Below, in pieces: positions 1 to 10,605 of a DNA stretch of 64,000 nucleotides. Made by a program: the position numbers and the translations under genes. Numbering within the stretch: the stretch's first letter is position 1; every line of letters begins with the position of its first letter. Source of the DNA: Gammaproteobacteria bacterium (lineage in GTDB: Bacteria; Pseudomonadota; Gammaproteobacteria; UBA4575); assembly GCA_965243395.1 (NCBI GenBank), contig CBDEUS010000002.1, positions 384,001 through 448,000 on the forward strand, in the 5' to 3' direction. Under the pieces are notes generated by a model. That model worked only from the letters and a program-made list of their open reading frames with translations. It made no database searches and was not told the DNA's origin.

Positions 1-109
1 TTTTAAGTAAATTTTTAACTCGCACACAGAATTTTGATCGTTACACTTTGTCGTGAGAAAACTACCGCTCATAGCCTCAATTTAAGCTTAGATCCTAAAG
101 GAGCTCAAA

Positions 110-682
110 ATGTCATTTCCTAATTCACATGCAACATTCAATTCAATTTATTTGCGGAGTTTATTCAAGTACACCTTAATTTTCATTGCCAGCAGCCTGC
201 TGATTAGCGCCTGCAGCGGTGATAAAGAAGATGTACCTGTTGAAAAAGAAGTAACTGAAACTGTTGTTCCGGAAAGCACAAAAGCTACTTCAAACGACAT
301 TGCTTCTGAAATTCAAGTGAATAGAGAAAAATGGATGGCGCATGAAATTAGTAGTTACCAGATTGAGATGCAGAAAATCTGCTATTGCGTTCCTGAAGTT
401 GTACGCATGATGGTGTTTGAAGTTGACGAAAATGAAGTGGTATCTGTGCGTTATGCAGACACTGGTGAAGATGTCGATCCACAACACTACGGTGACTTTA
501 ATACGATTGAAAGCATGTTTACGTTTGTTGAAAAGGCCTTGGAAAAAGATCCAGCCGATCTGTCCATCGCATATCACGATAAGTATGGATACATAAAGGA
601 AATGAGTGTGGATTTTAAAAAGAACATTGCTGACGATGAGATTTCAATTATCGCCTCAAATATGAGGCCAAAAGAAAATTAG
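110..682 (+). CDS. Putative lipoprotein, DUF6174-like domain
   Basis: Lipobox-like LISAC after a hydrophobic stretch; W..HEISSYQ..CYC motif recalls DUF6174; AAGGAG RBS upstream. Confidence 0.6.
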   Translation: MSFPNSHATFNSIYLRSLFKYTLIFIASSLLISACSGDKEDVPVEKEVTETVVPESTKATSNDIASEIQVNREKWMAHEISSYQIEMQKICYCVPEVVRMMVFEVDENEVVSVRYADTGEDVDPQHYGDFNTIESMFTFVEKALEKDPADLSIAYHDKYGYIKEMSVDFKKNIADDEISIIASNMRPKEN

Positions 683-688
683 GTATTT

Positions 689-2638
689 ATGCGATTAGGA
701 GTTGGAACACTAATCTTTTTACTTTCGAGCTTAATTACAAACTTTGCATATGCAGCTCCTGAAGTAAACGATTTAACCATCAATGTAGATGGTATCGATT
801 ATGCTATTGAACTTAAAAAAAGTTCTTTCGCAAAGCGTATACAGGTCAATCTAGATACTGAAAGTGACGAAAACCAACCGAGTATAGAACTCTACCAAGG
901 CGATGTGCCAGAAGTACCTGATAGTTGGGTAGCCGCTTCCTACTATGATGGTGAATGGCAAGGACTTGCATCCATTCACGATAAATTATACGAGCTAAAA
1001 GGTTTTGGAATGTCGGGAACAGCGCTTGCCGTTCTTGATGGTGATGAATCTGTTTCCATGCAAGCAGATGAACTTGATCTCTCTGGTGATTTTGATATTC
1101 ATACAATGTGCGCGATGCCACATGCTTATAACGATGCGGCGGCTAGCACTTTAGCTTCTATTCTTCCTAACGCTAACGCGGTTAACAATAATGGCACAGG
1201 ACAAGGTAATGTAGCTTTTGCCGTAGGCGCTATTACACAAGCCGTCAACGTAGTGTTAGCACTCGATCAATTTCACACGGCACAGTATGCAGATTCTGTA
1301 CAACGCGCCATGCGTATTATCAATAATGTTGATGCTATTTATCGTAATAGCTTGGGTATCGCTATTAATAACACTGCGATACTAAGCTTTGATAACAACA
1401 ATCCATTATTTGCTGGTATAACCGACGCGGAAGTTATTTTAGACCAAGCTATTCTTAATCAAGGCAATGTATTTGGAAATAATCCACGCACACTAGGTGC
1501 ACTGCTCACTGCGAGAGATATACAAGTACCTTTGATAGGTAACGGCGTTGCAGGCATTGCACCTTTAAATGCCACATGTACTATCATCAATGGATTCGAT
1601 ATTGCGGTGAGTGTAAATGAAGATCGTGCATCTGAAGGTGTAGCATCTGTCATATTGGCGCATGAAATGGGCCATAACTTTGGCGCCGAACATGATGGCC
1701 CTCCTAACAATGCGGCATGCCCCGTCAGCACTTTTATTATGTCGCCGGTGGTAGCAAATGGGCTAAATGCATTTTCACAATGTTCGAGAGATGAGATCAA
1801 TGCACATATTGCAAATGGAACTTGTTATAAAGAACCTATCGATATTGCTTTAGCTCGCTTTGGAGCACCACCACCTGATAACTTGGCTCAGTTACAAGAA
1901 ATTACACGTCAAATATCCATATCAAATAACGGTACTGTGGCTGTCGCCAATGTGCAAATTGATGGGGATATCGACAATGTAGCCCTTGCCAGATTTACCG
2001 AAGTTACCGTAAATGGTGCAGCGTGCACTTTGTTAGCTGCAGGCAAATCCTATCAATGCAACCTTGCTTCGATTGCTGCAGCCACGCAACAAATTATCAA
2101 CGAAAAAGTTCAGGTAGTTGGGTTAGGCACATTTAATTTCAGTGCAAACTTTGATAGCTCGGATGTCACGCAACGCATCGATATCGTTACTAACAATCAA
2201 TTTGTTACCGATAGTCGTACCGCGAACCAAGCAGCCGTAGCGCCTGTTGCACCTTCTGGTTTAAGTGCCAGCGCACAAAATACAGGTGACATTGCATTAA
2301 CATGGGCTGACAATAGTAACAACGAACTAAATTTCCAAGTACAACGTTCGACTGGGGGCGGCGCATTTGCAGTTATTGCAAATCTAGCCGCAAACGCAAC
2401 ATCCTATACTGACAGTAATAGCAACTTAACAGTGGGTACAGCTTACACCTATCAAGTAATTGCCACGAATGCGATAGGCAGTTCGCCTTCAAATCAATCC
2501 ACTGCAACAGCATTAGAACCTACTGTAGCGGCAAGCCCTGCACCTTCATCAGATGACAGTGGTGGTGGCGGCGGCGGTGCCATCTATTTATTTTCAGCAA
2601 TTCTGTTACTTGCAAGATTAGTGCGACTCGCTCGTTAA
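689..2638 (+). CDS. Secreted reprolysin-like (M12B) zinc metalloprotease with FN3 domain and GlyGly-CTERM anchor
   Basis: Signal peptide; HEMGHNFGAEHD zinc motif with Met-turn (FIMSP); FN3-like APSGLSA..LTWADNS..YTYQVIATN; C-terminal SGGGGGGA + hydrophobic helix + Arg tail. Confidence 0.88.
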   Translation: MRLGVGTLIFLLSSLITNFAYAAPEVNDLTINVDGIDYAIELKKSSFAKRIQVNLDTESDENQPSIELYQGDVPEVPDSWVAASYYDGEWQGLASIHDKLYELKGFGMSGTALAVLDGDESVSMQADELDLSGDFDIHTMCAMPHAYNDAAASTLASILPNANAVNNNGTGQGNVAFAVGAITQAVNVVLALDQFHTAQYADSVQRAMRIINNVDAIYRNSLGIAINNTAILSFDNNNPLFAGITDAEVILDQAILNQGNVFGNNPRTLGALLTARDIQVPLIGNGVAGIAPLNATCTIINGFDIAVSVNEDRASEGVASVILAHEMGHNFGAEHDGPPNNAACPVSTFIMSPVVANGLNAFSQCSRDEINAHIANGTCYKEPIDIALARFGAPPPDNLAQLQEITRQISISNNGTVAVANVQIDGDIDNVALARFTEVTVNGAACTLLAAGKSYQCNLASIAAATQQIINEKVQVVGLGTFNFSANFDSSDVTQRIDIVTNNQFVTDSRTANQAAVAPVAPSGLSASAQNTGDIALTWADNSNNELNFQVQRSTGGGAFAVIANLAANATSYTDSNSNLTVGTAYTYQVIATNAIGSSPSNQSTATALEPTVAASPAPSSDDSGGGGGGAIYLFSAILLLARLVRLAR

Positions 2639-2753
2639 TTTACATTTGATGAAATTTTCAATATTGGAGAATTGATATTCGTTAAGACAAAATAAATTCA
2701 TCACCTATTTATACCACGTAGTATTTGTAGAGATTTTTTTGAAAGGACTCAAT

Positions 2754-2981
2754 ATGAAATCGATCACTATACTTATCCTCTCACTCTTGGCTTGCATTTG
2801 TTTTGCCTCTGAAAGTGAAGAACAAATAAAACCTATCCTAACTGAACCCGTAGAAATCGTTTTGGTTTGCCCTGAAGGCAGCAAACACGAAGGCGAAGAA
2901 TTACCTGAATGGGTCACCACGCAAGAAGCCTCTGACTTCTACTGTAATGAAGCTGTAGAAGAAACAGAAATCGCTGAATGA
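2754..2981 (+). CDS. Small acidic secreted hypothetical protein
   Basis: ATG 2754 after AAGGA RBS; signal-peptide-like N-terminus; Glu-rich mature part with two Cys. Confidence 0.6.
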   Translation: MKSITILILSLLACICFASESEEQIKPILTEPVEIVLVCPEGSKHEGEELPEWVTTQEASDFYCNEAVEETEIAE

Positions 2982-2984
2982 TTG

Positions 2985-3044
2985 AGTGAGTACAAGGATG
3001 TACGAATAAGAGCCGCGTCTTGGATGACGCGAATAGATTAGAGT
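2985..3044 (+). repeat. 60-bp intergenic repeat with two GGA-loop hairpins, copy 1
   Basis: 54/60 identical to the reverse complement of 44498-44557; hairpins GTACA-AGGA-TGTAC and CGCGTC-TTGGAT-GACGCG. Confidence 0.9.
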
Positions 3045-3131
3045 TAATTTATCTAAAATTGTCCGCTATCAGACATAAGTGATCATATTAATGTAGAGGT
3101 TGCTTCTTCCAGGTATTTAAACAGATTGCAT

Positions 3132-3545
3132 TTATAGTGTTTCACACTTGCCACGAACCATTACAACATCATCTTTTGATTTCTCACTTAAAAAAGCATT
3201 GACATAAGTATAGACAAATCTCTTTCTTGCGGGCTCATAATAAAAGCTCTCATTAAGTCGATCATAATGCCCGGAATAAACACCACGAAAATAACTTGGA
3301 TATCCATACGGGGTCGGCTCTTCGTCAAACGGACCAAAGTCGAATCTATTTTTCCCATCCTGTACTGTAATATATAACATGTATTTTTCTACATGCGCTT
3401 GAGTAAGAGAGTCATCTTCATCTTTATTCCATCCGGTAACCGCACTTGGTATACAAAGCCACTTACCCACAATGTTTGGATCTAGTTTTTCATCTGCTGC
3501 AATTGCATGACCTGCAAATAAATAAAATATTAATACCCATCTCAT
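3132..3545 (-). CDS. Secreted hypothetical protein
   Basis: In-frame ATG 3545 gives signal peptide MRWVLIFYLFAGHAIAA and avoids overlap with the upstream gene. Confidence 0.6.
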   Translation of the reverse strand: MRWVLIFYLFAGHAIAADEKLDPNIVGKWLCIPSAVTGWNKDEDDSLTQAHVEKYMLYITVQDGKNRFDFGPFDEEPTPYGYPSYFRGVYSGHYDRLNESFYYEPARKRFVYTYVNAFLSEKSKDDVVMVRGKCETL

Positions 3546-3558
3546 ACTTTTCTCTATC

Positions 3559-4350
3559 TCATTGATCAAGGTAATCATGTAAGACTTTTCCTTCATTAAT
3601 TCTCATATTTTCTACTCTATAAAACGGATTTGAAGTATTCACAACAGTAATGGCGCCTAATGGATTTTTATCAATTGAATACAAGCTTAACGTAGCATTT
3701 GCTAAATGCATTTCATGTATCACAATTCCATTTTGAGGTGCAGATATTATTTGTTTGACTGCATAACCATCTTTTAAGTTAGGTTTAGGTATACGTTTCA
3801 GTGATAACATATTCCAGTTAGGAAGTTGGCCATTCTCCACTTTAGTTGTAATCTCAAATTTGACATCTACTAGCAATTCACCATCGATCTCAACAGTACC
3901 CATTAGAGAATTACCATCTCGTATAAATGTAATATCAGCTAGAAACTTTGGATATCCGTAAATTTCTCTTCCTCCAATGATGCCATCTATATGGTCAAGA
4001 TATAGAACCGGAAAATAGCTACCATGTTCGGTAATATTTCCATCTTTATAGGTAACGGGAATAAGTAAACCTGCTTCACGATAGTTAAGCTCTTGAGGAT
4101 TCTTTAAATTAAATTCTCCAATGTAGAAATAAATTGTGTTGCCACTATTTGGTATTAAAGGCTCTGGAACAAGATTTCGTAATGTTTTTGAATCTGATGT
4201 GATTGTAATTACTGCAACTTTATTATTTTCATACATATATGGTTGTGTGATATGAGCAACATCATTAGAAGACAGATATGAGTTATCAAATTCATTAGCA
4301 AATAAATAAGTTGTAGCAAAAAACAAAATTAGAAATCTAATTAATAACAC
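3559..4350 (-). CDS. Acetoacetate decarboxylase (ADC)-like family protein with apparent signal peptide
   Basis: GGREIYGYPK Schiff-base Lys motif and YREAG motif; GTG 4350 preceded by AGGGG RBS. Confidence 0.78.
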   Translation of the reverse strand: MLLIRFLILFFATTYLFANEFDNSYLSSNDVAHITQPYMYENNKVAVITITSDSKTLRNLVPEPLIPNSGNTIYFYIGEFNLKNPQELNYREAGLLIPVTYKDGNITEHGSYFPVLYLDHIDGIIGGREIYGYPKFLADITFIRDGNSLMGTVEIDGELLVDVKFEITTKVENGQLPNWNMLSLKRIPKPNLKDGYAVKQIISAPQNGIVIHEMHLANATLSLYSIDKNPLGAITVVNTSNPFYRVENMRINEGKVLHDYLDQ

Positions 4351-4443
4351 GATAACCCCTGAGCATTGAACGATTGTAAATTTCATGCTCAAAAAGATAC
4401 TCATTCATCTAATTATTATCAGTAATAAAAACACACCTAATAT

Positions 4444-4459
4444 TGTGATATTTGTCACT
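4444..4459. promoter_or_regulatory. Candidate CRP site
   Basis: TGTGA-TATTTG-TCACT, one mismatch from TGTGA-N6-TCACA, upstream of the ADC-like gene. Confidence 0.5.
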
Positions 4460-4577
4460 CATATGTTTAGTTGCGTAGTTTAGATAACGTCCGCATTTTG
4501 TTAGATACCAAACATAATAAGGAATTGCAGATTGTTAATTCATCCATATAACTATAAAACCTTAAAAGTAATAGTGT

Positions 4578-4600
4578 ATAATGTTATGTTATAACGTAAT
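4578..4600. promoter_or_regulatory. Candidate Zur box
   Basis: ATAATGTTATGTTATAACGTAAT vs gammaproteobacterial Zur consensus GAAATGTTATAWTATAACATTTC; about 50 bp upstream of the MerC-domain gene. Confidence 0.65.
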
Positions 4601-4651
4601 ATACTTCAGGCTATTATCTCTAGGCACTAATAAATCTTTTCTTCGGCAGAG

Positions 4652-5077
4652 ATGACAATGTTAAATTTACAAGCAATTTCAGATAAGACGGCTATTAGCT
4701 TATCTTTGCTTTGCACCATTCACTGTTTGGCGTTACCCCTGTTAGCCGTTTCACTCCCGTCAATTGCAGCACTGCCATTAACTGATGAAATTTTTCATAT
4801 ATGGATGGTCATTGCAGTAGTACCAATTTCTGCTTACGCCCTCACTATGGGCTGCAAGAATCACAAACGTTACCAAGTATTATTTATAGGCAGCATCGGC
4901 TTATTAATTTTGAGTATTGTTGCTTTTTTTGGTCATGATTTGTTTGGTGAAGTATTAGAAAAAGCCTTTACCGTCATTGGCGCAACGGTGATTGCTATCG
5001 CACATATATGGAACTATCGCCTATGCCGACATCAAAATCTGTGTGTATGCCCAGAACAAAGCAAAATGACTAATTAA
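4652..5077 (+). CDS. MerC-domain membrane protein
   Basis: DKTAISLSLLCTIHCLALP motif, about 4 TM helices, His/Cys ligands. Confidence 0.8.
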   Translation: MTMLNLQAISDKTAISLSLLCTIHCLALPLLAVSLPSIAALPLTDEIFHIWMVIAVVPISAYALTMGCKNHKRYQVLFIGSIGLLILSIVAFFGHDLFGEVLEKAFTVIGATVIAIAHIWNYRLCRHQNLCVCPEQSKMTN

Positions 5078-5126
5078 CTTAGTCATTACTTATTCATCAT
5101 AATTATTTTTAGATTTTATTATTGCG

Positions 5127-5765
5127 CTATGCATCCGCTTTGGTTTTGTCAGAAGTCAAACGTAAATCTTGCCAGGCGATTTGAAATACTCGTGCTGCTG
5201 ATCGTGAAAACATAATTAAAAGTCCAAATGCAATTATTAAATCTGGCCAGCCAGAATTAAATATCCACACCGCTAATGCAGCTAGAATAACTGCAAAGCC
5301 TTCTGCAACATCGTTGCGTGAGCACTCCCAAGCGGATGCCATGTTTACATCTTTATGCCGGTATGGCGTTAATAACAAGAGACAGCTTAGATTGGCAACT
5401 AAATTTACAAGTGCTGCAAGACCCATCGTCTCGAAGATAGGAGTTTCAGGGTGTAACAACCGCAAGATAATCACATACGCAACCACCAAAGCCGAACTGA
5501 GAATTAACAACCCCTTAAACATAGCAACCCGGGCTTTTACATATGGAGCTGCTCCTATCACCATCAAACTTATAACATAGGTTAATGCATCCCCCAAGTT
5601 GTCAAGCGCACCCGACAATAAAGATGCAGAGCCACTGATTTTGGCTGCAATAACCATCATAAGAAAAGTACAAGCATTAATAATAAGAACAACTATGAGA
5701 ACAAGGCGTTGTTTCTGATTTAATGCAGAGCTATCAAAATTATTATGGCAACAAATATCTTTCAT
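5127..5765 (-). CDS. Cation diffusion facilitator (CDF), TM-only type
   Basis: SASLLSGALDNLGD and WECSRND motifs; WPDL near the C-terminus; N-terminal CCH. Confidence 0.8.
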   Translation of the reverse strand: MKDICCHNNFDSSALNQKQRLVLIVVLIINACTFLMMVIAAKISGSASLLSGALDNLGDALTYVISLMVIGAAPYVKARVAMFKGLLILSSALVVAYVIILRLLHPETPIFETMGLAALVNLVANLSCLLLLTPYRHKDVNMASAWECSRNDVAEGFAVILAALAVWIFNSGWPDLIIAFGLLIMFSRSAARVFQIAWQDLRLTSDKTKADA

Positions 5766-5815
5766 TTAATTTGAATATAGGTTTGCTCCTGCACTTCATC
5801 CATCCTTTGCAATCG

Positions 5816-6133
5816 CTAGCGGGTATTCATTTTTTTAAATTCTTTTTTTATTACTTTATTGTAATCATGCTCAATTTCGCAGACATGCCGGTTAAAAGAA
5901 CCACCATGTATAGTAATGTATTTTTGACCTTTATTAGATCTAGCTTCGGTTGTCCTTAAATTAAATTCTTTAGCTTTTGTAAAAACATCACTTATTGATG
6001 ATCCAACATTGATTTTTTTACATACATGATCAATTGTTTCAGGCTGTAAAATCCACGAATCTACTAGAATACTCCCTACAAATATTGCGATGAACACCGT
6101 GACAACTTTCCATAATGTGCTGGGTTTTTTCAT
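5816..6133 (-). CDS. Hypothetical protein with N-terminal TM helix
   Basis: ORF fills the gap; single hydrophobic N-terminal segment. Confidence 0.5.
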   Translation of the reverse strand: MKKPSTLWKVVTVFIAIFVGSILVDSWILQPETIDHVCKKINVGSSISDVFTKAKEFNLRTTEARSNKGQKYITIHGGSFNRHVCEIEHDYNKVIKKEFKKMNTR

Positions 6134-6283
6134 TTAAATTAATTTCATCAGCTTGCATTTCATGTGTATGTTTGTAGAGCACTCGCCTTTAATCAGTGAG
6201 TTAATTTAACTTCTGCAGACAACAATAATTAATTATAGAATATTCAGTATATAAAGATAATAAATGTAGGGTTAGGAGGAACT

Positions 6284-6607
6284 ATGTTGCGAATTATTTA
6301 TGTCTCTATTCTTTCAGTAATTTTATGTGGTTGCGCTTCAAGAGCTAACCTAGAATGGAATTTAAATAGCTGGGTTGGTCAAGATGTTGATGGGTTAGTT
6401 CAACACTGGGGTAAACCATCAGATATTGGTGCACTTGCTAATGGCAATGTGTCATATTCATGGATGTTTGATGAAGGTTTAACAAATGCTCCTATTAACG
6501 GTGTTGTCTCGGGGTATGCGAAATTTTGCAAAATCACATTAGCAGTTTCTAGCAACGATCGCCTAGTGCAATCGTGGCAATTAGAAGGTAATAATTGTAA
6601 AGCGTAA
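6284..6607 (+). CDS. Hypothetical lipoprotein
   Basis: AGGAGA RBS; lipobox LCGC; WVGQ..LVQHWGKP pattern. Confidence 0.7.
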   Translation: MLRIIYVSILSVILCGCASRANLEWNLNSWVGQDVDGLVQHWGKPSDIGALANGNVSYSWMFDEGLTNAPINGVVSGYAKFCKITLAVSSNDRLVQSWQLEGNNCKA

Positions 6608-6650
6608 TGTCTTAGATTGTTCTTAATTGCTCGCCCTAGGATTTTTTAAT

Positions 6651-7055
6651 TCAAATTTGCGATCGTAGTTCAACAGTGTTTCCTTCGGGATCCTTAATAT
6701 AAATAGAACGTCCGGTTCCCTGTGCACCGTAACGGTCCGCGAATTCACCGACTTTAATGTTATGTGTTTCTAAGTGGTTTCTTATTTCTTCTTCGCTGAT
6801 TTTTTCCAGCTGTAAACAAAAGTGGTCCATATTATTATCGCATTTACTCGGCGGCCCACCACCCATTTTGCCGATTTTGCTATCAACATTAACTAGATCA
6901 ATTAATGCATTTCCTGCACGTAATTGTGTGATGCCAAACTCCGCCGAGGTTTCTCTTTCGACTTTACAATTTAATACTCCACAATAGAACTCTAGCATTT
7001 CACTTACTTTTGATGTTCTTAAAACAACATGATCTATTCCAGCTACCTCAATCAT
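6651..7055 (-). CDS. VOC/glyoxalase family protein
   Basis: IDHVVL..FY..DHFCL..SIYIKDPEGNTVEL. Confidence 0.88.
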   Translation of the reverse strand: MIEVAGIDHVVLRTSKVSEMLEFYCGVLNCKVERETSAEFGITQLRAGNALIDLVNVDSKIGKMGGGPPSKCDNNMDHFCLQLEKISEEEIRNHLETHNIKVGEFADRYGAQGTGRSIYIKDPEGNTVELRSQI

Positions 7056-7083
7056 TATTAATCCTACTTAATACTTATTTATT

Positions 7084-7419
7084 TTATGCATGAACACCAA
7101 GAAGAACTTTTTTTGCATTTCCCTTCGCTTTATATATTGCATAAAGTATATATGGAAACCCAAACATACCGCCCATAAAAATACTTAAGAACCCAAAAAC
7201 GATACCTTTATTCGAGAACCCCTCACGCCAGGAAATCCATGTCGCTAGTAAAACAAGGTGAATTAAAAAATCAATATTAAACTGCGAACGCCAATCGAAA
7301 CACAAAATATCGCCAAAAAATACTGCAGGCCAGTTTAGGCCATTGTTATAAAGTGCAAAAACAGTAGCCATGTAGATCGCTAATGTTGCAACGACTAAGA
7401 ACAACTTTATTTCTCTCAA
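7084..7419 (-). CDS. Small membrane protein (3 TM)
   Basis: GGAGGT RBS before TTG; hydrophobic helices; WRSQFNIDF motif. Confidence 0.65.
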   Translation of the reverse strand: MREIKLFLVVATLAIYMATVFALYNNGLNWPAVFFGDILCFDWRSQFNIDFLIHLVLLATWISWREGFSNKGIVFGFLSIFMGGMFGFPYILYAIYKAKGNAKKVLLGVHA

Positions 7420-7589
7420 TTTGCACCTCCTAAATTTATATTAGAAACCAGTATATTTGTTATTTATAAATTCACTTTATTAATTAAATTAAATTTTTCG
7501 AGATTAAGCCTACCAAATTAGTCCTTTTTCCTTATTATAATCTTAGACTTGAACCAGCCACGTTAATAACGATAAATTTGGGAAAGCTT

Positions 7590-7667
7590 ATGTATGAACT
7601 TATTTATTTAGTATTCCTCGCAATCGCAGTTTTGATCATCTGGAGCAATCTTGGTAAGTCGGATTGA
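7590..7667 (+). CDS. Candidate 25-aa single-TM small protein (MYELIYLVFLAIAVLIIWSNLGKSD)
   Basis: Read manually; GGGAAAG upstream; one uninterrupted hydrophobic helix; below the ORF-track cutoff. Confidence 0.45.
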   Translation: MYELIYLVFLAIAVLIIWSNLGKSD

Positions 7668-7724
7668 GTTTATTCATTCAACCTCATAAATAAATCACTG
7701 TGCTAAGAATTTCTGTGGCACATT

Positions 7725-7770
7725 AAAAAAGGCGGCGATTCAATTCACATTGAATGCACCGCCTTATTTT
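7725..7770. terminator. Intrinsic terminator after katG, possibly bidirectional
   Basis: A6-GGCGG..ATTCAAT/ATTGAAT..CCGCC-TTATTTT hairpin. Confidence 0.75.
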
Positions 7771-7779
7771 CAGTTACGC

Positions 7780-9996
<2,217 letters not shown>

Positions 9997-10038
9997 TTAA
10001 AATTTCATTGGATGTAATAATACGTACCCCTCTATCAT

Positions 10039-10082
10039 TTATAAATTATATTATTTATATTGTAATAATCGAATATTTCAAT
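10039..10082 (-). promoter_or_regulatory. Candidate OxyR operator upstream of katG
   Basis: ATTG-N7-CGAT-N7-ATAT resembles OxyR ATAG-N7-CTAT-N7-ATAG; 24/30 identical in the core to the site at 11969-12012. Confidence 0.7.
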
Positions 10083-10308
10083 CATATAGACTACTGAACA
10101 GTTTGCACTTTATTATGCACACACTACGCACTATAGGTGTTTCAATTCGGCTACACCTAAGCGTTAAGAAATGACTTTAGAAAGCTAATAAAATACTAGC
10201 TAGAGTAAGTTTGAATTTAATTGCAGGAAGTGCGGTTAATTTAAGTTAGGAAGCAAGGGAATAGCGTTCAGACTTAGAGAAAGTGGGAGTTGTTGGAGAG
10301 AGAGGTTC

Positions 10309-10402
10309 ACTATCTGGCAATTCCGCTGTCCTAGAATCCTTGCTTCCTTAGACCGGTAATTTTGCGCCCCTAGCTTTCACTAGGTTTGCCCTTTTCAGTA
10401 GT
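10309..10402 (-). ncRNA. c-di-GMP-I (GEMM) riboswitch aptamer
   Basis: Minus strand AAAAGGGCAAACCTAGT-GAAA-GCTAGGGGCGCAAAATTACCGGTCTAAG..CTAGGACAGCGGAATTGCCAG matches the GEMM-I hallmarks; P1 ACTACTG/CAGATAGT. Confidence 0.92.
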
Positions 10403-10435
10403 AAAATTACTCCTCAGTAATCAACTAACAAATAC

Positions 10436-10478
10436 AGTGTAGTAACTATCTCAGTAAAATTAGTTGAGCCTTCTCACA
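10436..10478 (-). promoter_or_regulatory. Candidate class II CRP-dependent promoter of the riboswitch transcript
   Basis: TGTGA-GAAGGC-TCAAC (10478-10463) centred at -41.5 relative to -10 TACACT (10441-10436); predicted TSS about 10429. Confidence 0.6.
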
Positions 10479-10605
10479 GTTTTTCTCAACTACCGCTCAT
10501 CTCAACGGTTAAAAATTCATTTTTAATCAGAGCCTTATATGCATTCACGAATGAGTGGTGCAATATGCCCGATGAAAATAAATTGTATAACTGTAGTTTT
10601 TAACC

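Noticed and set aside
2985-3044. CRISPR repeat or CsrB-type sRNA gene
   Set aside because: Only two isolated copies, no spacers or cas genes; only two GGA loops and no own promoter or terminator seen
4652-5077. Mercury-resistance operon
   Set aside because: No merR, merA, merT or merP nearby
3045-7500. Integron cassette array or mobile island among the small accessory genes, including GTCCGC-type fragments near 3061 and 4488
   Set aside because: Mixed gene orientations, no repeated attC-like palindromes, no integrase; the fragments are too degenerate to support a call
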